From contig CM052817.1 in NCBI GenBank assembly GCA_028534125.1, forward strand, positions 87,980,001-88,044,000: a stretch of DNA of 64,000 nt, read 5' to 3'. The notes beneath the pieces are model-generated. The model saw only the letters and a list, made by a program, of their open reading frames with translations, searched no databases and had not been told where the DNA came from. Below are positions 55,522-64,000 of this stretch, piece by piece. The stretch's first letter is position 1. The number at the start of each line of letters is the position of its first letter. This stretch comes from Lama glama. Its lineage: Eukaryota. The position numbers and the translations under genes were made by a program.

Positions 55522-55976
55522 TATATTAACTTCCTTGGGCTGCCAGAACAAGTACAACAAATTGAGTAGCTTAAAACAGGAGAAATTTATTACTTCAGAG
55601 TTCTGGAGGCTAGAAGACAGAAATCAAGGTTTTGGCAGGACCAGGTTGCCTCTGAAACCCATGGGGATCCTCCCTTCCATCTTCCTAGTATCTGGTGGCG
55701 GCTATTAGCCCGTAGCATTCTTTGGCTTGCAGCTGCTTTGTCAGCATATGAAATGTGTGGTGTGTGTCTGTGTCTTCACAAATGGCCGTCTTCTTATAAA
55801 CACACCACTCATATTGGATTAGGGGCATACCTTATTCTGATATGAGCACATCTTGACTCGACTAATTACATTAAAATCATCCTATTTCCAAACAAAGTCC
55901 CATTCTGAGGTACATGGGGTTAGAACTCCAACATGTCTTTCATTTGGGGAGAGGGGTCACAATTCAACCTGTAACA
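55522..55976 (-). mobile_element. MLT1C-like MaLR solo LTR
   Basis: 'aaatttattacttcagagttctggaggctagaag...aatcaagg', ends 'cacaattcaacctgtaaca'; exact 5-bp TSD 'gtcat'. Confidence 0.9.
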
Positions 55977-57598
55977 GTCATGATAACTATGGTATGAGGT
56001 TTTAGAAAATAGTCTATTATCTATATTAAATGTCTACAGGGCTCTACAAAGCAAGACATATTTGGGACTAAAGGCAGTTCTACCATAACAGGCTTGAGTT
56101 GTGCAGCATAAACAGGTAGCATTATTTCAGAAAGCCTACTGTCATCCCTCACAAGGATGTCCTTGTTCAAATGGAGGTAGGGAGTTTTCCCATTGCAAAA
56201 GGAATTTTTATGTAAGATCCAACTTTTTCAACAGAAAAGTTGTTACTACCAATATAAGCTGTACTGAGTAGACAAGTTCTTAATATGAAAAATTCATCCT
56301 ATGTTGCTCCTTCTAAATCTTGATTGAAGTTTATTTGTAGGATTTAGACTGTGCAGTTATATAAATGATTAGACATCTGAATACTTTTTGACCCATGCTC
56401 AATTTGAATTCTTTCCATGTGGCTGTTTTACCTACTGCCTTTGAGCACTTTCAGCTTGTTTCTTCCATATCCTTCATCCATTATCAGACTAAAATCTCCA
56501 GGGCCTGTGCTAACCTGCACTAATTCAGTAAAACATTTACTGATCCAAGTAGTAGTTTAAGTTCCCCTGTTTTATGTCTATAAATTTTTGTATTTTACTT
56601 AGAGTAGGTATTCTCTTTCACTGTAATTTTTGGCCTATTATATTTCTCCCAAGATAACTTAAAAATATCAAGAGGATGGGAGCTGACTGATGTTTATCTT
56701 TTTTTAACCTCTATACTTCCAGGAGAGTACACAGTGATTGTCTCTTGGTGTGGGAAAAAAATGGAATATTTGTAGATCTGATGAGTGAGTCAATGAATAA
56801 TTTATTCATCTCATTTTTCACCATTTAAGTGATTTATTATTTTCCACTATTCAAATGCAACTGCATTGAATAAATATTGCTATTATATGCCTACATATGT
56901 CTATAATTCTTACACTGAAATACATTGCTATTAGAGGAATATTTGTCTAAATATATATGTACAATTTCTAGTACTTTTATATGGTATTACTTGCTTTCAG
57001 AAAGATATATATATACATGACTGTTCCCTTGTACATTTTATGAAACATTACAATTAATATATACATTTAAAATTTTATCACTAGAAAATGTTACATAATC
57101 ATTGAATTTGCTGTCCTTGAAATGTTGAATATTTGTTACTGACTTCTTATTATTGTTATTGTTACTTGATAACAGGGAATATTTCCATGTATAATTGTAT
57201 TTTCTGGAGAACTTAGGTTGTGCCATTAGATGATGATTGTGATGAGGATGATGATAACTACTATTATTACAGTTGCACAGGGAGCACTTGCACAGCCCAA
57301 ACAGATCCACGTTTTCTAACTTCCTTATTTGCTGTCATTATAAGAAATGAGGTAGACAAAAAAAAATCAAACATTTTCTGTTTATCTCTGAAAATCTATG
57401 TCAAGAGATTTGGCAACACTCCTTTAAGCAACACCTTAAATTAGATCTACATGATACTAAAGTTCTATTTAGAAATACAATACTACATAAAATATTCCAT
57501 TTCTAAATCTCTACCATGTAGAAATACATCAAGATTTTTGCTGATTGTATTTCTCATTTTTTGTTGCATAAATATAGCACTGGCATGTTTAGAGTATA

Positions 57599-57617
57599 TG
57601 TGTGTGTGTGTGTGTGT
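57599..57617. repeat. (TG)n microsatellite
   Basis: Direct observation. Confidence 0.95.
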
Positions 57618-58759
57618 ATACACCATGTAAACTAGGTTTGCCTTTATTTGTGTTTAATTTATCAAGTGGCAGTCTCCAGTAGCATAACCTAATATGTGAA
57701 GTTATAGCTATACCAAACTTTGAATTTGTCATGAAAAGTATGGAATTACCTCTTACTAGTCCCATATCCGAGGGGAAAAAAAAGGAATAGTACATTTAAT
57801 TTTGCAGCACTGCAATGCAAAGCATCAACTGGCACTTAATGACTTCAGGAATGCCCTCAATTTCTCCAAATGTTGTCTGAATGAAATTCAACAAGTATAT
57901 TGCATGTGGTCCAAAAATAATAAAAAGAGCTCTTGAACTTTCACTAAGTATTATTGACCATAGCAAATAGTAGTATCTATTGCAAGAGTAGATTTTATTG
58001 CACTACTTACATTGCATTAACCTGTTTTGTCAGAAAAATATCAGAAAAAAATTTAAATCACATTATTTGAACTATGAAGCTATCAATACTATTTGGGTAC
58101 CGTTCTTGCCCCTAAATCTAATAAATTTTTGTGTTTTTATTTATTATTTTATCTTACTATGTGTTGGTTTTTCAAAAGACAAATGTTTCAATCTCCATTT
58201 TTTAAATGAACAAAATAATATGAGTTTCCAACATCAGGCAGTCAATGTCAGTGACAGGAAAAAATACTCAATCTTTCAATTTTTTTGTGTAATGATCTAT
58301 AATTGTGTCATAGATAGGAATATATTTGCTTTACTTATTAACTATTACCTAAATATATAAACCAAATCTATCTAGTTAAACTGCCTTCGATGTAAAATTG
58401 TCAATGTATTTTTAGTATCAGGAAAAAAAAAATCTCATGAGCCTCAAATTGTAACGTAAAATTAACAAAGTTTCAAGATCTCATTATTAATCAGTATGCA
58501 TTTAGTCTATAATTTATAGTACTAATAATGGTTGGATAACTAATAAAATCACCTCTCATGATTTATCTGACATCTCAATTTAACTAAATCCTCCTGTCTT
58601 ATAGACTACTCCTTTTAGAAACTTCCATAGTATTTTTTTGTTTTCACAATATGGAATTTTGGTAGATATATCTACATCCAACAAAAAACAGCAATGCTTC
58701 CTAGAAAGAATTCATTATTTAATGATGAGTGAATGAATGTATGAATGATCTGTGTACCC

Positions 58760-58804
58760 GTGTGTGTGTGTGTGTGTGTGTGTGAGAGTGTGTGTGTGTG
58801 TGTG
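58760..58804. repeat. (GT)n microsatellite with a GA interruption
   Basis: Direct observation. Confidence 0.95.
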
Positions 58805-58986
58805 AGATGGGTGTTGGGAAGAGCATTTGTGGGTATATAGAATTGCATGGGAAAAGACATGGGCATATGACAAGATTTGTCACGTTAGAAGAGTTCTAAA
58901 TGTCATAGATTCTGTAAGTTGTAGGTGGCAATACATTATATGATAGGACAGGTGAGTAGAACAGACATGACACAGAGTATTGCATT

Positions 58987-60335
58987 CAGTGATGGTCTGG
59001 GTATGGCTTCAAGTGCTGCAGCACAGCATCTATTCACTAAGTTCAGCTGTCAGTTGATATATACTGTTGGGATCTTTATTTTTTTAACTGAAGTACAGTC
59101 AGTTATAATGTGTCAATCTCTAATGTACAGCACAATATCCCAGTCATGCATATAAATACATATATTCATTTTCATATTATTTTTCATTAAAGGTTATTAC
59201 AAGATATTGACTATAGTTCCCTATGCTATGCAGAAGAAATTGATTTTGGGTTTTTATAATCTATTTTTATATATAGTGGCTAACATGTGGAAATCTCAAA
59301 CTCCCAAATTTATCCCTTCCCACCTCCTTTCCCCTGGGAACCATAAGATTGTTTACTACGTCTGCAAATCTCTTTCTATTTATTCGGATGAATTCATTAG
59401 TGTCCTCTTTTTTTCTTTTTTTTTTAGATTCAACATATGAGTGATATCATATGGTGTTTTTCTTTCTCTTTCTGGCATACTTCACTTAGAATGATGGTCT
59501 CTAGGTCCATCCATGTTGCTACAAATGGCATTATTTTATTCTTTTTTATGGCTAATTAGTATTCCATTGTATGAATATACCACAGCTTCTTTATCCAGTC
59601 ATCTGTCGATGGACATTTAGGTTGTTTCCATGTCTTGGCTATTGTATATAGTGCTGCTATGAACATTGGGGTGCATGTATCTTTTTGAATTAAAGTTTCC
59701 TCCAGATATATGCCCAGAAGTGGGATTGGTGGATCATATGATAAGATTATTTTTAGTTATTTGTGGAATCTCCATACTGTTTTCCATAATGGTTGCACCA
59801 AACTACATTCCCACCAACAGTGTAGGAGGGTTCCTTTTTCTCTGCACCCTCTCCAGCAATTACTGTTTTGGGACTTTTGAATGATGGCCATTCTGACTGG
59901 TATGAGGTGATTCCTCATTTGTAGTTTTGATGTGCATTTCTCTGATAATTAGCACCATTGAGCATTGTTTCATGTGCCTATTGGCCATTTGTATGTCTTC
60001 TTTGGAGAATTGCTTGTTTAGGTCTTCTGCCCATTTTTGGATTGGGTTGTTCGTTATTAAGTTGTATGAGCTGTTAATATATTCTGGAAATTAAGCCCTT
60101 GTCAGTCTCATCTTTTACAAATATTTTCTCCCATTCCATGAGTTGTCTTTGTGTCTTGCTTATGGTTTTCTTTGCTGTGCAAAAGCTTGTAAGTTTAATT
60201 AGGTCCCTACTATTGATATCTTAAAATAGGACTTGATGGGAATATTTACACTCTGAAAATTGACAAACATTATAAATTACACCTTTTTTTCCTTCTGAAT
60301 GCCAGTTATTATACCTTTCCCAGCACATGACTCCA
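58987..60335 (+). mobile_element. MER63-like hAT-Blackjack MITE split by L1 insertion
   Basis: 5' part 'cagtgatggtctgggtatggct' (58987-59060); 3' part 'gatgggaatatttacactctgaaaattgacaaac...ccagcacatgact' (60222-60335). Confidence 0.6.
59076..60207 (-). mobile_element. Young 5'-truncated L1 (ORF2 end plus 3'UTR)
   Basis: Low-divergence 'ccatccatgttgctacaaatggc', 'gatggacatttaggttgtttccatgtcttggctattgt', 'tttgctgtgcaaaagctt'; degenerate TSD tactgttgggatctt/tactattgatatctt. Confidence 0.95.
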
Positions 60336-60935
60336 GGACATGTAAAGAAATTTCAACATTAAGCATCGTTATTTTTGAAGTATTTAAAAGATGAAACAGT
60401 AGTTGAATCTGTACACAACTGGGACATTACTGGTCTATGAGCCTGTGAGGCTGATTGTAATTTTCTTAAAGTTTAACATTTTAAGAAAAAATAAATAAAA
60501 AGTAAAACAGCATTAATACTATTTTCAAGAGATATTATATTTGACATATTTTATATGAGGTGAAATCACTGTACTTTTTCTTAATTAAAGGAAAAATGTA
60601 AGGATGAATGAATGGACACAGCCTAATGCAATGAGAGGTAAATTTGAGTATCAAGTGCTAGTAGCCTAAGAAGTTTTAAAATATTTTCTGTGTATGTGAA
60701 AGTATTTTCCATATATATAATTTGGAAATACATATTCCAAATTCTTGCTTATGGAAAGTTATACTTAAGAACCTAAATATCTGTTTTAAGATATTCTTCT
60801 AAATTTTTCTAAAAATATAATAAATTATATCTGATTGTTTAAAATATAATTCAGTTGCTTCTGAGTTGTAACTGAGTCCAATTTCATTTTGGATAATTTT
60901 CACTAGTTATTCTCCTAATATATATATATATATAT

Positions 60936-60993
60936 ATTTAATTATGTCATCCATGGAGATACACCCAAATCTCCATGGATGACATAATTAAAT
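60936..60993. repeat. Perfect inverted repeat (25-bp arms, 8-nt loop) next to (TA)n
   Basis: atttaattatgtcatccatggagat-acacccaa-atctccatggatgacataattaaat; (TA)n at ~60918-60937. Confidence 0.97.
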
Positions 60994-62060
60994 TTAAATT
61001 TGTTTTGGTTCTATAAAATTATTACCACTGTGCTTTAATAGTAAACTTTGGTGTACTTCTATTAGATTTATTTTACAGATATCTTTTTTCATTGTATAGT
61101 TGAAAACCTTTGACATGTGCAATCGCATTGTTATGACTAGAAACAATAAACTGTGTACTAGAGTAGGATTATACCTATCTCAGCTGAGAATGCCCAGAAA
61201 AGAGGAAATTTATTTTACGTGAAAAAATAAGATCACAGAGTGTTTGAGGGACAGCATTTTTGAGGACATATAGAGTTCATTCATCCATTTTTAGTATTTT
61301 CTTATTATTAATATTATAAATATAATGAAAATATAATCTGAATGGATAGAAATAGAAATTGTTTTCAAAAGTACCCCTTTTCCTATTACAAAATGTTAAC
61401 AGCAGAGAACAGTTTGGTGCACTCCTTTTTAGTCTGTTTATTCATTCCTTTTAAAGACTATTTTTTTTTAAATTTTGAACATGCTATATTCATACTCTAT
61501 AAAGCCTTTGAATTAATTTCATATGTTATATTATAAATAAGCATAAAACTACATTATTGTAGGCAATGTAAATGTATTTTAAACTGGACTTTCTATTTTT
61601 AACTACTGTAAATTGTGATAATGGCTGTTGGTTTGAAATTTTTAACTTTGTTAGAAAGATTTTTAATCTTTTCAAATATTAGTGAAATGTATAGTCTCTT
61701 TTTATATCTATTTAAACATTTACTTTGGGGCCATATTATGTCACATACAAATAGCCTTGGATTTATGGGATAAAATCTATTTAGTTTTAATATTTTCTTT
61801 AAATTTAATCTAAAATTTTTTATGTTAGCATTTCATTTGTTATAATGGCATTAGTTTTGTTGGTTTCTCTAAATAAGTCTAAGTCCCTGAAATATATTGT
61901 ATTAAAGCCTAGTTGAAGGCAACCTGAGGAATTCAGAATTTATTGTAAGGATGAGGAATATTCTGAGAACTTGATCATTGTAACTGTCAAATAAACTATT
62001 TTACTACTCATTTTAGGTTCCCCTAATATGGACTGTGAATTGAGGGCTGTTATGATACCA

Positions 62061-62500
62061 TTTTTAAAATTTTATTGAAGTATAGTGATTTACAATGTTG
62101 TGTTAGTAGAAACTAGCACCAAAAAGTATACAGCATAGTAATTCAGTTATACATACACACATACATATATTCTTTTCATATTTTTATTATAGTTTATTAC
62201 AAGCTATTGAGCATAGTTCCCTGTGCTATACAGTAGGACCTTATTGTTTATCTATTTTATATATAGTAGTTTGTATCTGCTAATCACAAACTCCTAATTT
62301 ATCCCTCCCCTCCACCTTTCCCCTTTGGTATTCTATGTCTGTGAGTGTGTTTCTGTTTTGTAAATAAGTCATTTGTGTCATTTTTTAGATTCCACATGTA
62401 AGTGATACCATATGATATTTGTCTTTCTCTGTCTGACTTACTTCACATAGTATGATAATCTCATAAGTCCATCCATGTTGCTGCAAATGGCATTATTTCA
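62061..62500 (-). mobile_element. L1 3' end fragment
   Basis: 'tttattgaagtatagtgatttacaatgttgtgttag', 'atagttccctgtgctatacagtagg', 'ttagattccacatgtaagtgatacc'. Confidence 0.92.
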
Positions 62501-62599
62501 GTATCTTTTGCCTATTATTTTAAAGCCAGATTTTTGTGGGGTTTTTTCATCTATGTTAAGATTTATGTTTACATTTCAAAATAAACTGAATGGCACTAT

Positions 62600-64000
62600 A
62601 TAATTTTTTAGCTAAAAATCAACCCTTCTATTAATCTATCAGTTGTTGGTATCTCAAGTCCAATTATTCTCCAGTTTCACTAGTCTTCCAACTCATAGAT
62701 TCCACCACCATATTTTCATTGTCCTTCACACTATTGCTACTCTACCTTCCTTCTTTAAGTAGCTTAAATTTCATTATCAACCCTTATACTTAACCAGTCC
62801 TCTGTGTACACTGTCAAATCCCTTGCCCTTTTCATGTCTCCATTCTGCATTAAGTCCAAAGCATACTCATTGCATACTTCTATACGCATGCAGCTGAATG
62901 AATCTAGAGTAACACACCCCACAATGCTGGGTGATAGCTCTTTAAATTCACAATTACTGGCCTCAAGCAAGACACAAACACTTCATAATGCTTAACTGTC
63001 CTATACTGGTTTTGTCCAGATCTCTTAAATGACATTTTCACATATTCCACTCACTCCTCCAACTGGCAACCCACTCTCACTTCTTCTAGCTAATGAGCTT
63101 ATCTCTTGCTTAGCTGGCAAAGTCATCAAAGGACTTTCACAGACTCCTATCATGACACTATTACAACATCCAACTGTCAGTTCCACTCTGCATTGAACAA
63201 CTTCACTGGCCACAATTTGTATTTATTTCATTGAATGCTAATCATTAGAGCAAAACTCTATAGAATATATTGTTAAGGGTGCACCCAGGAGTTGTGCAAT
63301 TAGCAGCCTTGCCTATCAATGCCTGTGCTCATGATGTATCAGTTTTGCTTTTCTCTAAATTCAATCCCATCGCATTGTGCATAGTCAAAAAATGACTAGA
63401 TCGATTCTCCCTTCTCTCTCCTACACCAAGATTTTTCTCTTCACAGGATTTATCCATTAGCATGGAAACATGCTATTATTTCTTTTATGTGGGAAAAAAA
63501 ACCCCAATCTTCTCAGGATCATCCCCCTTTCCCTTTTTATCTACTACTCAATTTCTCTAATCCTCTTTGTAGAAAAATTTCTAAAATAATCCTCTCTACA
63601 TGTTGCTTCTTATTCTCTCATAAATCTTTTTCAGTAGATTGCTTCCCCCACTGCTCAACCCAAAACTGTTCTTGTCCACTTACAAATTGCTAAATAAAAT
63701 GGTAACTTCTAAGTCTTTATTTTACCTTACCTGTAACAGAATTTGAGAAAGTTGAATTCTTTCTCCTTGAAAACTATTTCTTGGATCCCAAATCACCACA
63801 TTCCATCCATTTGCCTAATACCTCACTGATTAACTCTCCTTTGTCTCTATTCTTGGTTTTCCCTCTTCTCTGTCATTTTTTTTACTGTTGAATGGCCTTA
63901 TCGTTCAGTTCTTGATCATCTCCTCATTTCTATCCATACTCATTCATTTGATGATGTTATACAAGTTCTTGCCTTTAAATAATGCGTATAAATATGTGGG
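62600..64000 (+). mobile_element. L2 element remnant (runs off window end)
   Basis: Pyrimidine-rich; 'aaaactgttcttgtc...ttgctaaataaaatggtaacttc', 'ttctttctccttgaaaactatttcttgg', 'tcctcatttctatccatactcattc'. Confidence 0.75.
63180..63310. mobile_element. MER91-like hAT MITE inside L2
   Basis: 'gcattgaacaacttc...ggagttgtgcaattagcagcc' imperfect inverted termini resembling MER91. Confidence 0.45.

Noticed and set aside
1..64000. L1 strand bias as evidence for host-gene orientation
   Set aside because: L1s lean to the plus strand but LTRs and younger L1s are mixed; too few elements to infer direction
1..64000. CRISPR arrays, operons or other prokaryotic/defence systems
   Set aside because: Sequence is mammalian; no regularly spaced direct repeats or gene-dense ORF structure seen

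Overview
AT-rich mammalian (eutherian) genomic DNA, most likely camelid: it carries a tRNA-Ala-derived SINE matching the camelid vic-1 type. A large part of the window is decayed interspersed repeat (L1 fragments of several ages, L2, MIR, MaLR/ERVL/ERV1 solo LTRs, hAT and Tc-mariner MITEs), plus microsatellites and a 500-N assembly gap. No intact protein-coding gene, tRNA/rRNA or CRISPR array is supportable; the ORF track consists of L1/LTR remnants and chance ORFs. The most notable non-repeat stretch is ~17.7-21.0 kb. It contains a CpG-retaining promoter-like module (two CRE-type sites, RCGTG, GC box/G-quadruplex), a Kozak ATG with a splice donor, further candidate micro-exons and an enhancer-like motif cluster. 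Other points of interest are a perfect 25-bp hairpin at ~60.95 kb, small template-switch inversions inside L1 copies, and an unidentified coding-textured segment at ~31.2-31.9 kb. I see no solid evidence of a new biological system. All repeat family names come from recalled consensus sequences without a database search, and boundaries without TSDs are approximate.
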